From: Actinomycetes bacterium
GTDB lineage: Bacteria; Actinomycetota; Actinomycetes; S36-B12; UBA5976
Reading direction: 5' to 3'
Assembly: GCA_037619625.1 (NCBI GenBank)
Contig: JASJMK010000017.1
Coordinates: 7,327-71,326, forward strand
DNA length: 64,000 bases
The position numbers and the translations under genes were made by a program. Shown here in pieces: positions 10,958 through 20,800 of this stretch (its first letter is position 1; every line of letters starts with the position of its first letter). Under the pieces are notes generated by a model. The model did no database searches and was not told where the DNA came from. It saw only the letters and a list, made by a program, of their open reading frames with translations.

Positions 10958-11728
10958 TTAGGAACGGTCCTGACGTTCGCGACATGGCATGCAAAGTGTT
11001 GCGCGCGGATTCGCTTCCTGTAGGCGAAGTTTGCCAATCTGCTTGCCACAGTTTTCGCATGCACCGTAAGTTCCAGCATCAATGCGATCTAGTGCGCGAT
11101 TAGTTTGATCTAGTAAATCCTTTTTATTGGACAGGATTGAAATCTCATGTTCCCGTTCAAAAGTTTTTGTGCCAGCGTCAGCCTGGTCATCGCCAGCGCC
11201 TTCCCCGCTTTCAGTAATCAGCGCGTGGAAGCTTTGTTCAGCTAGCGCGATTTCCACCATAAGTTCTTCGGCTTCTTTATTCAAAGTCTTACGAACTACA
11301 TTGAGCTCGGTCTTAGTCCAGTTTGATTCATCTTCTTGCACTACTGGGTGCTTTGGTGCAGATTTTTTACCGGGCACAGCTTTTCGTACTGATGGCAAAC
11401 CTACGGATCCGATGGGATTGATTATCTGGACCGGTGGTCCAGCCAGGGCTGCAGCCGCAGCGGCTTCGGCTTTTGCAATGGCAGCTAACTGCGCTTTTGT
11501 AACTTTAGGGACCTTAATAACTACTGGTTTTGGCGCTGCTACTTTTTTTACCGGAGCTGCCTTCTTTGCCGGAGCTGCCTTCTTTACCGGAGCTGCCTTC
11601 TTAGTTGCTTTTTTCGCAGGGACTGACTTCTTAGCAGCTTTCTTAGCTGGCGCGGCCTTCTTAGCTGGCGCGGCCTTCTTAGCTGGCGCGGCCTTCTTGG
11701 CGGCCTTCTTAGCTGGTTTCACAGCCAT
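10958..11728 (-). CDS. ddbA: Histone-H1-like (PAKKAA repeats) / DksA-TraR C4 zinc-finger fusion protein, DdbA-like nucleoid-associated protein
   Basis: The N-terminal ~90 aa are K/A/P repeats (AKKAAPAKKAAPAKKAAPAKKAA...). The C-terminus has a DksA-type coiled coil and a CENCGKQI...CMPCRERQ zinc finger. Its position between lspA and ileS matches SCO2075 (DdbA) synteny as I recall it. Start placed at MAVKPAKK (11728), not 11779. Confidence 0.65.
   Translation of the reverse strand: MAVKPAKKAAKKAAPAKKAAPAKKAAPAKKAAKKSVPAKKATKKAAPVKKAAPAKKAAPVKKVAAPKPVVIKVPKVTKAQLAAIAKAEAAAAAALAGPPVQIINPIGSVGLPSVRKAVPGKKSAPKHPVVQEDESNWTKTELNVVRKTLNKEAEELMVEIALAEQSFHALITESGEGAGDDQADAGTKTFEREHEISILSNKKDLLDQTNRALDRIDAGTYGACENCGKQIGKLRLQEANPRATLCMPCRERQDRS
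11549..11715. repeat. Coding 18-bp tandem repeats (two sub-families, three copies each) encoding the PAKKAA/PVKKAA tract
   Basis: ccggagctgccttcttt[g/a/ag] occurs three times (about 11561-11614). cttagctggcgcggcctt occurs three times (about 11642-11700). Both are in frame within the DdbA-like gene. Confidence 0.85.
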
Positions 11729-11929
11729 TGTTTTACCCCTTTTAATGTAGGTCGAGTCTCTAGACTCTACCGAGCCCACTAGTCAAAGCTGGCATGACGG
11801 TACGGTAAAAATTTCATTCTGGCAATTTGAACCCGCGATGCGGAAAATTTGCCTATTTCTAGTAATCTTTGGAACTAGTCGACAAAACTATGACGAAGAC
11901 ACATCAAGGCGCCTGCAACACGGTAAAAA

Positions 11930-12150
11930 GCGAGCTGGGGACGGTGTAAGCCCAGTTTCGGTGTGCAAATTGCCTTGATATCACTTCCGAGTTACTTCGA
12001 AGAACAGCCAAGTTACTTAGTGCCTGGCCCAGTAGAGCGAGTAGTCGATTAACTTAAGTGGATTGCGCATTTTGCTTAGTTGCACATTGCAAGGTCAACA
12101 AGGGTGGTACCGCGGGAATGGCCTAAAAAACCATCTCGTCCCTTGAGAAT
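11930..12150 (+). promoter_or_regulatory. T-box leader RNA upstream of ileS (5' boundary approximate)
   Basis: The near-invariant T-box sequence CAAGGGTGGTACCGCGGGA lies at 12099-12117. Its partner CCCTTG lies at 12140-12145, closing the antiterminator/antisequestrator-like helix with the UGGUACC bulge. A small stem TTGCA-cat-TGCAA lies just upstream. ileS T-boxes are established in Actinobacteria. Stem I and the specifier were not confidently mapped. Confidence 0.75.
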
Positions 12151-12207
12151 CACGTGGACTTAACGGTTCGCGCGATAACTGACCCGCAAGCGACAAGGAA
12201 ATTCACC

Positions 12208-15200
12208 ATGGCATACCGCGACGTACCCGCGAAAATTGATCTTCCAGCAATGGAGCACGAGGTGCTTTCATTCTGGAAAGACAATGACATCTTTCATAAA
12301 TCCTTAGCGAAAACTGCCGATGGTCCGCGCTGGGTTTTTTACGAGGGTCCACCAACTGCAAATGGTAAGCCTGGTACTCACCACGTTGAAGCTCGAGTAT
12401 TCAAAGACATCTTTCCGCGCTATCGAACCATGAAGGGTTTCAACGTTCCGCGTAAGGCTGGCTGGGATTGTCATGGGTTGCCCGTTGAGCTCGCAGTTGA
12501 AAAAGAATTGGGATTTACCGGAAAACAAGATATTGAGAAATACGGAATTGCCGAATTCAATCAACGTTGCAAGGAATCGGTACTTCGTCACGTAGATGAA
12601 TTTGAAGCAATGACATCTCGCATGGGTTATTGGGTTGACATGGACCAGGCGTATTGGACCATGGACGAGAAATACATCGACAGCGTTTGGTGGAGCTTAA
12701 AACGAATTTTCGATAAGGGCTTGCTAGTGCAAGATCATCGGGTTTCACCCTACTGCCCACGTTGTGGAACTGGATTATCCGATCACGAATTAGCACAAGG
12801 CTACGAAGACGTAGTTGACGCCTCCGTTTATGTTCGCTTTCCAATTACCAGTGGATCGCTTCCGGAAAAATACGCTGGAATTTCATTATTGATTTGGACC
12901 ACTACGCCGTGGACGCTAATTTCTAATACGGCAGCAGCCGTTAATGGCGAAGTTGACTACGTTGTTGCACAAATGCCAGATGGTGAGCATCTGGTGATTG
13001 CGCAGGCGTTGCGCGAAAAAGTGCTTGGGGAAGATTCTCGAGTGCTTGAAACTATTAAGGGCAGTGACCTAGAAGGCACTTCCTACAAGCGTCCTTTTGA
13101 TTGGGTGGAGTTCCCAGAAACTACTGCGCCGATTCATACTGTCTTACTGGCTGATTTTGTAACAATTCAAGATGGCACTGGAATCGTGCATGAAGCACCA
13201 GCATTTGGCGCCGAGGATCTTGCGCTTTGTCGTTCTTATGGTTTGCCAGTTGTTAATCCAGTTCTTCCTAACGGCACATTTGAGGCTGGCATACCGGAAG
13301 TTGCTGGCGTATTTTTCAAAGCTGCCGATCCTCGTCTGGTCGAACTACTGCAGGAAAGCGGCTTACTGTTTCGCCACTTACCTTATGAGCATTCCTACCC
13401 GCACTGCTGGCGATGCCACACCGCGTTAATTTATTACGCGCAACCTTCGTGGTACATCAGAACAACAGCGATTAAAGATCAGCTACTTGCTCAAAATGAA
13501 GCTACCAATTGGTTCCCCGACACAATTAAGTCAGGTCGTTTTGGTGATTGGTTAACTAACAACGTGGACTGGGCACTGTCCCGAAACCGTTATTGGGGAA
13601 CCCCGCTTCCAATTTGGCGCTGCGATGAGGGCCACTTAACTTGTGTTGGTGGTCGGCGCGAATTAGCGGAACTTGCAGGCGATGAAACTTTAACTATCGA
13701 TCCGCACCGACCATTTGTTGACGATGTGACATTTACCTGTCCACAATGCACTGGCATAGCATCTCGGGTGCCAGAGGTTATTGATTGCTGGTATGACTCA
13801 GGTGCGATGCCATTCGCGCAATGGGGTTACCCAGAGCAAAACAAAGAAACATTTGAAGCAAGTTACCCGGCAGATTTTATCTGTGAAGCCATTGACCAAA
13901 CACGTGGTTGGTTTTATACCCTGATGGCAATTGGAACTTTAGTGTTTGAAGAATCTTCTTATGAAAACGTGTTGTGCTTAGGACACATTCTGGATGAAGA
14001 CGGACGCAAGATGAGTAAGCATCTGGGTAACGTACTTGAACCTATGGGCTTAATGGATGAACATGGCGCAGATGCCTTGCGTTGGTTCATGTTAGTGAGC
14101 GGTTCGCCCTGGCAAGCGCGTCGTGTTGGCCACAGCACTATCGAGGAAGTAGTTCGCAAAACTCTATTGACGTACTGGAACACTGTGGCATTCCAAAGTT
14201 TGTACGCACGCGCGAGTTCATGGGAAGGTAGCGGCGGAACACTTACGCAGTTGTTGGCGCTTGATAGCCTGACTGAATTGGATATGTGGGCTATTTCCCA
14301 AGCCACACGCTTAGCCCGAGATGTCGACCAGGCACTAGAGCAATTCGACACCCAGCGCGCTGGTCGATTCATTGCTGAGTTTGTAGATGATCTAAGTAAC
14401 TGGTACGTACGTCGCTCCCGTCGTCGCTTCTGGGACGGTAACCCTGGCGCCTTGGGCACTTTGCATCACTGCTTAAAAATAGTGACGCAAGTTATGGCTC
14501 CATTCACACCGTTTATAACTGAGCGAGTTTGGCAAGATCTATTCTCCGAGTCCCAAACACCTTCGGTTCATTTGAGCGATTGGCCAACTTGGTCGAACGA
14601 GCAAATTAGTGACACACTTCGCGATCAAGTTGAGTTGACTCGGCGATTAGTTGAACTAGGTCGCTCAGCTCGCGCGACTTCTGGGGTAAAGACACGGCAG
14701 CCGCTGCAACGCGCGCTAGTTGCAGCGCCAGGTTGGGATAGCTTGCCAGAGAGTCTGCAAGCGCAGATCCGTGATGAAGTTAATGTGCTGAGCCTGGAAA
14801 GTTTGGCTGACACTGATGAACTTGTGGATGTCACAGTGAAAGCTAATTTCAAGACATTAGGTGCCCGCTTTGGTAAAACTACGCAAGAAATCGCAGCCCA
14901 AATTGCTAATGAGGATGCTCGCGAGTTAGTCGCGGTGCTTCGAAATGGACCAACAAAGATCGAGGCTCTAGGAGTGAGTTATGAAATTAGCTCTGCTGAC
15001 ATTGTCATCACTGAGGTGCCGCGTGAGGGTTGGACGGTTGCCAGCGACTCTGGCGAGTCCCTGGCACTTGATCTGGCTTTAACACCTGAGTTAATTGGCC
15101 AAGGCATTGCCCGTGATGTCACGCGATTAATTCAAGATGCCCGGAAAAGCTCAGGCTTTGACATCAGTGATCGGATCAGTGTTACTTGGGAGTCGGGCGC

Positions 15201-15345
15201 AGTTGCAACGGTAACCGCGCTGAATACTCATGAGGCACTTATCTGCGCCGAAGTATTAGCGACATCCTGGCGGACGGATGCAATTGCAAATCCAACCGCT
15301 ACCGATGAAGATCTTGACTTAAAGGTCTTCATCGTAAAAGCCTGA
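12208..15345 (+). CDS. ileS: Isoleucine--tRNA ligase
   Basis: Class-I aaRS motifs (PTANGKPGTHH = HIGH region, KMSKHLGN = KMSKS) and zinc-binding CPRC/CWRC/CPQC pairs. ATG at 12208 has an AAGGAA SD 7 nt upstream. The ORF-track GTG at 12154 is a possible but less likely alternative. Confidence 0.93.
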   Translation: MAYRDVPAKIDLPAMEHEVLSFWKDNDIFHKSLAKTADGPRWVFYEGPPTANGKPGTHHVEARVFKDIFPRYRTMKGFNVPRKAGWDCHGLPVELAVEKELGFTGKQDIEKYGIAEFNQRCKESVLRHVDEFEAMTSRMGYWVDMDQAYWTMDEKYIDSVWWSLKRIFDKGLLVQDHRVSPYCPRCGTGLSDHELAQGYEDVVDASVYVRFPITSGSLPEKYAGISLLIWTTTPWTLISNTAAAVNGEVDYVVAQMPDGEHLVIAQALREKVLGEDSRVLETIKGSDLEGTSYKRPFDWVEFPETTAPIHTVLLADFVTIQDGTGIVHEAPAFGAEDLALCRSYGLPVVNPVLPNGTFEAGIPEVAGVFFKAADPRLVELLQESGLLFRHLPYEHSYPHCWRCHTALIYYAQPSWYIRTTAIKDQLLAQNEATNWFPDTIKSGRFGDWLTNNVDWALSRNRYWGTPLPIWRCDEGHLTCVGGRRELAELAGDETLTIDPHRPFVDDVTFTCPQCTGIASRVPEVIDCWYDSGAMPFAQWGYPEQNKETFEASYPADFICEAIDQTRGWFYTLMAIGTLVFEESSYENVLCLGHILDEDGRKMSKHLGNVLEPMGLMDEHGADALRWFMLVSGSPWQARRVGHSTIEEVVRKTLLTYWNTVAFQSLYARASSWEGSGGTLTQLLALDSLTELDMWAISQATRLARDVDQALEQFDTQRAGRFIAEFVDDLSNWYVRRSRRRFWDGNPGALGTLHHCLKIVTQVMAPFTPFITERVWQDLFSESQTPSVHLSDWPTWSNEQISDTLRDQVELTRRLVELGRSARATSGVKTRQPLQRALVAAPGWDSLPESLQAQIRDEVNVLSLESLADTDELVDVTVKANFKTLGARFGKTTQEIAAQIANEDARELVAVLRNGPTKIEALGVSYEISSADIVITEVPREGWTVASDSGESLALDLALTPELIGQGIARDVTRLIQDARKSSGFDISDRISVTWESGAVATVTALNTHEALICAEVLATSWRTDAIANPTATDEDLDLKVFIVKA

Positions 15346-15363
15346 ATCAATTTGGTTAACTCC

Positions 15364-15405
15364 AAAAAAAATAAGACCCAGGAATTAACCTGGGTCTTAT
15401 TTTTT
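15364..15405. terminator. Bidirectional intrinsic terminator between convergent ileS and divIVA
   Basis: A-run, then the 11-bp stem TAAGACCCAGG / CCTGGGTCTTA with loop aattaa, then a T-run. It reads as hairpin plus U-tract on both strands. Confidence 0.85.
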
Positions 15406-15424
15406 ACAGATCAATAACTAAATA

Positions 15425-16201
15425 TTAATTCTCTGTGACCTGACGGTCACCACTTATGATCTTTGAATCTAGTTCGCGAAGTTGTCCCTCTAGGTAACTG
15501 CGCAAGCGGCCTCGGTATTCCCGTTCGTAAGCGCGCAGTTCTTCTACACGACGCTCCATTGAAACTCGCTGAGCTTCTAGCTCACGCGTCATGTTTGCCA
15601 CATTGTTTTTCGCAACAGTGAGCATTTGTTCAGACTCAATCCGGGCAGTAGAAATTGCTTCATCGGCAGTGCGCTGGGCTAATTCTAGAATTCGCACAGA
15701 AGCCACACCTTGCTCCGCTGGAGTGGCTGCATTAGCTACTGCTGCTGCGACGCCGTCAGCATGCTCGGCTTGAGCGGCCGCTAGCTTCTCGGTAAGTTCA
15801 GAATTCTGCTCGGCTGCGACTGCAGCTTCGTTGCGCAGATTTACCAGTTCGGTCTCGAGGACATTTATCCGATCATGTGAGTCCTTCAGCGCCTCGTTAC
15901 TATCGCCACCGTCACTTGAAGCATCACTTCGAAGTTGCGCATCCGCTAATTGCCTCTGCATTAGTTCAAGTTCATTCTTTAAGTGAATGTTTTCATCACT
16001 TAAAGAACGAATTTCTTCACGTACGGACTCTGGAACTTCACCCTTGGCAACTGCGCGCAAGTCTTCTGCTTCCAAGGTCACTGCCTGCAAAGAAACTTCG
16101 ACTTCATCTAAAAAGTTATCTACCTCGTCTAGGTCATAGCCCTCTTTGAATCGAACAGTTGTGAACTGCTTATTGCGCACATCCTGGGGCGTCAGGGCCA
16201 T
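15425..16201 (-). CDS. divIVA: Cell-division/polar growth protein DivIVA (Wag31-like)
   Basis: 258-aa ORF with the N-terminal MALTPQDVRNKQFTTVRFKEGYDLDEVDNFLDEV DivIVA signature followed by a long coiled coil. Confidence 0.93.
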   Translation of the reverse strand: MALTPQDVRNKQFTTVRFKEGYDLDEVDNFLDEVEVSLQAVTLEAEDLRAVAKGEVPESVREEIRSLSDENIHLKNELELMQRQLADAQLRSDASSDGGDSNEALKDSHDRINVLETELVNLRNEAAVAAEQNSELTEKLAAAQAEHADGVAAAVANAATPAEQGVASVRILELAQRTADEAISTARIESEQMLTVAKNNVANMTRELEAQRVSMERRVEELRAYEREYRGRLRSYLEGQLRELDSKIISGDRQVTEN

Positions 16202-16372
16202 AACGTATTCCTTTCGTCGAACTTCAAGGTAGCAAGAAAGTAGTTAATTCATTGGGAATTAACTAAATCGCTTAATCAAGAGTAGGGAAAAACCCTGGAA
16301 AAGTGAAACCCGGGCATGCTCTAACTTCTGGTCAACTGTAGGGAAACCTTGGGAGGTAGTGATTTTGGCTGG

Positions 16373-16657
16373 CTAAATACCAGCCAGAATGCCTCGGGAG
16401 ATAGAGATAGCGAACAGCAAAATCAGAAATGACAAATCTAGGGAAACACTGCCAATTCGGACACTTGGTACTACTTTTCGGATCGCTTTCAATGGTGGAT
16501 CAGTCAAGGTGAAAACAAATTCACTCAACAAAAGCACCGGACCACGTGGGCGCCAGTCTCGCGAAAAAATGGCTACATATTCCAGTACCAGGCGCGCAAT
16601 TAGCACAAGAACGTAGAGATTAAGTAAAGATGAAATTAATGAGGGTATTAGTGACAC
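16373..16657 (-). CDS. YggT-family membrane protein
   Basis: 94-aa two-TM protein in the conserved sepF-yggT-divIVA position. Confidence 0.8.
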   Translation of the reverse strand: MSLIPSLISSLLNLYVLVLIARLVLEYVAIFSRDWRPRGPVLLLSEFVFTLTDPPLKAIRKVVPSVRIGSVSLDLSFLILLFAISISRGILAGI

Positions 16658-16669
16658 AGTGTCGTCAAA

Positions 16670-17161
16670 TTAGCTTTGATTAAAAAATGGATCTTCGCGA
16701 AGTTGTGCGCGAGCTGCTGCGCCAATATCAACATTTGCTGGCGAAAGTAAAAATACTCCCTTAGTGACTTTCTCAATGCTTCCGTGCAGACCAAAAGCTA
16801 ACCCAGCTGAGAAATCAACTATGCGTCTTGCGTCCGCATCATCCATATCGCTTAAATTCATAATCACTGGCGTGCCAACGCGGAACTCTTCACCAATTCG
16901 GCGGGCGTCATTGTAAGTATGCGGATGCAGTGTTGTAATTCGGTAAACATCAGAAAGTGGGGCGGCAGTTCGAGTCGGCGCAACGTAAGAATTTTCATTC
17001 TGGCTAACAGCTCGTTCATAACCTGCAGTGCTGGCACTTGGACGAACGGCAACTGACTCTTCATAGTCTTGGAACGCAACTTCTTCACCAAATTCGTCGG
17101 TGTACTCGCCGCCGTCAACAAGACCGAGGTACTCGGCCACTTTGCGCATTGCTCTAGCCAT
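16670..17161 (-). CDS. sepF: Cell division protein SepF
   Basis: 163-aa ORF with the N-terminal MxxxxxYLGL motif and a C-terminal SepF domain ([24 protein letters not shown]). Confidence 0.92.
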   Translation of the reverse strand: MARAMRKVAEYLGLVDGGEYTDEFGEEVAFQDYEESVAVRPSASTAGYERAVSQNENSYVAPTRTAAPLSDVYRITTLHPHTYNDARRIGEEFRVGTPVIMNLSDMDDADARRIVDFSAGLAFGLHGSIEKVTKGVFLLSPANVDIGAAARAQLREDPFFNQS

Positions 17162-17197
17162 GGGGTTAGCTCCTTGCAGGGTTAATTACTAACGAAC

Positions 17198-17896
17198 TTA
17201 CCCTTTAAACCCACGATTTCCGAGGATCGATGACCCAATTCTTAGGTGTGTCGCGCCGAATTTTAGAGCAGTTGCAAAGTCGTCACTCATTCCCGCTGAG
17301 ATCCAGTTCGCACTCGAGTTCTGTGCTTGGACCTGCTCCGACACTTGTTGCAGGAGCGCAAAAGCTTGGGCGTCATCACCATCCAGGGGCGCAACACCCA
17401 TAACACCCTGCAGCACAAGCCCTGGACTCTGCGTGATTAATTCGGCAAGTTCCAAAACTTGGTTCGGCGCAGCGCCGCCTCGATTATCTTTTGGACTTGG
17501 ATCTAAGTTCACTTGAATCAGAACCGCTAACGGTGTGGTGCGAGTAGTTACCGCCTTGCCCAGCGCACTCACTAAACCAGAGCGATCAACACTGTGAACT
17601 ACATCTGCCCAAGTTGCCACACTCTTTGCCTTATTCGTTTGCAGCTGTCCGATTGCATGCCAAGTTAGCTTGAGATCTCTAACTTCATCAAATTTAGGTT
17701 TTGCTTCCTGATCACGGTTTTCACCCACATCAGTTACCCCAAGTTCCGCCAATATCTTGACATCAGAAGCGGGCCAAGTTTTGGTGACCACAATTAACGT
17801 AACTCCGCTTGGTTCGCGCTGCGCTACCTTGCAGGCATCACTAATTTCTTGCTTCACTATTTCCAAATTACTTTGTAATTGAAGTTTTCGTTCCAT
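17198..17896 (-). CDS. yggS: YggS-family pyridoxal-phosphate homeostasis protein
   Basis: Alanine-racemase-N-like fold with VVTKT (PLP lysine) and GENRDQE motifs. ATG at 17896 has a GGTGGG SD and avoids a 20-nt overlap with pgeF. Confidence 0.88.
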   Translation of the reverse strand: MERKLQLQSNLEIVKQEISDACKVAQREPSGVTLIVVTKTWPASDVKILAELGVTDVGENRDQEAKPKFDEVRDLKLTWHAIGQLQTNKAKSVATWADVVHSVDRSGLVSALGKAVTTRTTPLAVLIQVNLDPSPKDNRGGAAPNQVLELAELITQSPGLVLQGVMGVAPLDGDDAQAFALLQQVSEQVQAQNSSANWISAGMSDDFATALKFGATHLRIGSSILGNRGFKG

Positions 17897-17906
17897 ACCC
17901 ACCACT

Positions 17907-18635
17907 CTAGGAACCCGAGCGCACAATCAATAATCCACCACGACCGGTTGGTTGGCCGTTTGCCTTGCGGTAAGAAAATAGTTTTTCACTTTCTTGCGTA
18001 CAACCAGGAAGGTCAGAAATTTGCGCAATGTTGATATGCTGCGCCAAGCTCGAATGCACTCCAGCCCGCAAATCCAAGTGAGTCTCATCAGAAACTGCCG
18101 CAGGACATTTCTGCAAGAATTGCAAAACCCGTTCACTTGGAACCTCGTAACAACTAGCGCAAATCGCCGGGCCGATAACGGCACTAGTTTGTGTTAACTT
18201 GCCACCGGTTAAAACAAATGCCTGCACTACCTCTTGCATCACATTTGAAAGTACTCCGCGCCAGCCAGCATGTCCGACTGCGATGACACCAGAAATGGAA
18301 TCCGCAAGAGCGAAGCCGACACAATCAGCAGCTAGCGCAAGTAATCCCAAATTAGTTTCTTTAGTCACAAGCCCATCACCGCTTGGAGCAGTACCCGCAA
18401 TTGTCACAACATTGACTTTGTTGCCATGCGTAGCCGCCATTACAGAAATGCCACTTGCACCGGCTAACTGCTTAACTTGCGTTAAATTTCCCCGCACTGC
18501 ATCGGGTTCATCGCCAACATAATCAGCAAGATTAAGTGAGCTATACGGCGATTTACTTAAGCCGCCATGTCGACTCAAGGCGATGACTTTTACATCAGCG
18601 AACGTAACCTGATCAAAAACTGCCGCCGAGCTCAT
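17907..18635 (-). CDS. pgeF: Peptidoglycan editing factor PgeF (YfiH / laccase-domain protein)
   Basis: 242-aa ORF with HGNKV, ADCVGFALAD and HAGWRG motifs. Conserved position downstream of ftsZ. Confidence 0.88.
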   Translation of the reverse strand: MSSAAVFDQVTFADVKVIALSRHGGLSKSPYSSLNLADYVGDEPDAVRGNLTQVKQLAGASGISVMAATHGNKVNVVTIAGTAPSGDGLVTKETNLGLLALAADCVGFALADSISGVIAVGHAGWRGVLSNVMQEVVQAFVLTGGKLTQTSAVIGPAICASCYEVPSERVLQFLQKCPAAVSDETHLDLRAGVHSSLAQHINIAQISDLPGCTQESEKLFSYRKANGQPTGRGGLLIVRSGS

Positions 18636-18668
18636 GCTTGGTGACCTAGCTTTGGTCTCGAGATATTG

Positions 18669-19904
18669 CTAGCGAAGAAAGTCAGGGACGTCTAGGTCGC
18701 CTGAATCTTCATCTTGGTCATCCCCTGGTACCGAGCCCTCACCGGAAGATGGCGCATCGCCAAATAAATTATCGAAGTTGTCATCTTCATCAGCAACCTG
18801 TGTTGCCCCGAATGCGCCAGCTGAATATGAATCTGGCGTAACTGGAATTTCTGCCGCTCGCCCGTCGCGGGCTAAGTCATTTGCCACGGCTGCTGCTAGC
18901 GGAGTCTCATCAAGAACTTGCTTGGACAGTGGCGAAGTTGAACGATTTGACGGCGGGGCGCCACCATCAAAGCCAGCCGCAATAACTGTGACCTTGACTT
19001 GATCGCCTTGCGTGTCATCGATTACCGCGCCGAAGATGATGTTGGCGTCAGGATGAACCGCGCTTTGCACCATTCGGGCAGCTTCATTAATTTCAAATAG
19101 CCCTAAATCGCTGCCACCAGAAATTGACATCAAGACGCCGCGAGCACCCTCGATACTTGCTTCAAGTAACGGACTAGAAATTGCTTGGCGCGCCGCTTCT
19201 ATTGCGCGATCTGACCCGCGAGCTGATCCGATTCCCATCAAAGCGCTGCCAGCATCCTTCATAACACTTCGTACGTCTGCGTAATCTAAGTTAATTAAGC
19301 CAGGCGTAGTGATTAAGTCAGTAATACCACTTACGCCTTGCAGTAATACTGAGTCAGCGTGCCGGAAAGCATCAATTACGCTGATGCCGTTATCAGCTAA
19401 TTCAAGTAGGCGATCGTTCGGGATCACAATTAAAGTGTCCACTTCGGAGCGAAGTAGGCCAACACCATCATCGGCTTGCGCTGATCTGCGCTTTCCTTCA
19501 AAACTAAATGGCTTGGTTACTACCCCGATAGTTAAAGCGTCCATATCGCGCGCAATCTTTGCAACAATCGGAGCGCCACCGGTTCCAGTGCCGCCACCTT
19601 CACCCGCAGTGACAAAAACCATGTCTGCGCCGCGAAGCACCTCTTCGATTTCTTCGCGGTGATCCATTGCTGCTTGGCGACCAACTTCTGGGTCTGCGCC
19701 GGCGCCTAAGCCACGAGTTAAATCTCTACCAATATCAAGCTTGACGTCAGCATCACTCATGAGCAGAGCCTGCGCGTCAGTATTTATGGCAACGAACTCC
19801 ACTCCCTTTAGCCCCGCTTCAATCATTCGATTGATTGCGTTTACGCCACCGCCGCCAATACCGACGACTTTGATAACGGCTAAATAATTCTGTGGTGCGG
19901 CCAT
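18669..19904 (-). CDS. ftsZ: Cell division GTPase FtsZ
   Basis: 411-aa ORF with the [10 protein letters not shown] tubulin signature and the C-terminal DLDVPDFLR peptide. Confidence 0.98.
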   Translation of the reverse strand: MAAPQNYLAVIKVVGIGGGGVNAINRMIEAGLKGVEFVAINTDAQALLMSDADVKLDIGRDLTRGLGAGADPEVGRQAAMDHREEIEEVLRGADMVFVTAGEGGGTGTGGAPIVAKIARDMDALTIGVVTKPFSFEGKRRSAQADDGVGLLRSEVDTLIVIPNDRLLELADNGISVIDAFRHADSVLLQGVSGITDLITTPGLINLDYADVRSVMKDAGSALMGIGSARGSDRAIEAARQAISSPLLEASIEGARGVLMSISGGSDLGLFEINEAARMVQSAVHPDANIIFGAVIDDTQGDQVKVTVIAAGFDGGAPPSNRSTSPLSKQVLDETPLAAAVANDLARDGRAAEIPVTPDSYSAGAFGATQVADEDDNFDNLFGDAPSSGEGSVPGDDQDEDSGDLDVPDFLR

Positions 19905-20106
19905 GATGCGTGCCTCTCTCGGAGTTTTCTAAAAAAATCTAAGTTCTATTTCTTATTACTGCCACTACGTAAACAACTCTCAACCTCATCTAGAGCCTTA
20001 AAGTTATGTCAACTAAGCGCAGATACAAGTTACGGGTTAGTCCCTGAATTTTGGTTGATTGAGCGCTGGCGTGTCGAACTTTGCCGAACCAGAGTTTGCA
20101 GTGGTG

Positions 20107-20796
20107 TTATTTCAAAACGGTAGCGGCGTCTGGTGCACTTACATTGATTACGGAGTAACCCTTATCCATTAAAGCTTGGGCGACTTCTACTTTGTCTGCT
20201 GCTCGCTCGCCGGATCCAAAAGTAATTACAGCGCCACTACCCAAGGTGGCCACAATGTTGTCTTGCGTTGCTGCTGCTAAGCCGACTAGGTTCCACTGCG
20301 CAGGTATCGCTGCCAAAGTGTTTATCGCGCCTAACATTGCTTTACTGTCTGGTACCGCCGAGATAACTAAAAGCCCAACCGGTGGAGTGGCCACAACTCC
20401 AGCATTTTGTCCCTCGGAGTCAATTAAATTAAATCCATTTATCGTGGCAGCGACTGCGATTGGGGTGCGCTCCGTAACCTTAATCAAAATAGTGTGTGGC
20501 CAGCCTCGCTCAACAGTTGCAACTTTTATCTCTGGCAGCGCCATTAGCTCCGACGTCATCGCAGCAGTATTTATTGACATCAAGGAATTTCCGATTGGAA
20601 CTGCAGCTACTAGAGAAATTTGCTCAGCAGTTAAGCGCGAGTTGCCAGTTACTGTGACGCCTTGCGCAATAAACCACTTTGATTGATACAGACTCCACCA
20701 GCCAGAAACTGCAAGTGCAAGTAATAACCAAATCAACCAAGGAGTTTTTGATTTGCGAACATTTTTTGGATTCGCCGAGCGAACTGTTTGGGACAT
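20107..20796 (-). CDS. ftsQ: Cell division protein FtsQ (POTRA domain)
   Basis: 229-aa ORF with a single N-terminal TM and a POTRA-like V.VTGNSRLTAEQI segment. Lies between murC and ftsZ. Confidence 0.85.
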   Translation of the reverse strand: MSQTVRSANPKNVRKSKTPWLIWLLLALAVSGWWSLYQSKWFIAQGVTVTGNSRLTAEQISLVAAVPIGNSLMSINTAAMTSELMALPEIKVATVERGWPHTILIKVTERTPIAVAATINGFNLIDSEGQNAGVVATPPVGLLVISAVPDSKAMLGAINTLAAIPAQWNLVGLAAATQDNIVATLGSGAVITFGSGERAADKVEVAQALMDKGYSVINVSAPDAATVLK

Positions 20797-20800
20797 TGGG

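Noticed and set aside
11127-11750. 207-aa plus-strand ORF antisense to the DdbA-like gene
   Set aside because: It is a shadow ORF created by the reverse complement of the Lys/Ala repeat codons (GCC/CTT-rich). It has no SD, and its low-complexity FLAGAAF repeats mirror the real gene.
20074-20089. TCGAACTTTGCCGAAC upstream of ftsZ considered as a second LexA box
   Set aside because: The second half is a direct repeat (CGAAC), not the inverted GTTCGA. It does not fit TCGAAC-N4-GTTCGA.
20192-20686. Long antisense ORFs inside ftsQ (164 aa), ileS (13959-14459, 166 aa) and EamA copy 1 (49769-50293, 174 aa)
   Set aside because: All lie fully inside well-supported genes on the opposite strand. None has a recognisable motif or ribosome-binding site. 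They are typical shadow ORFs.
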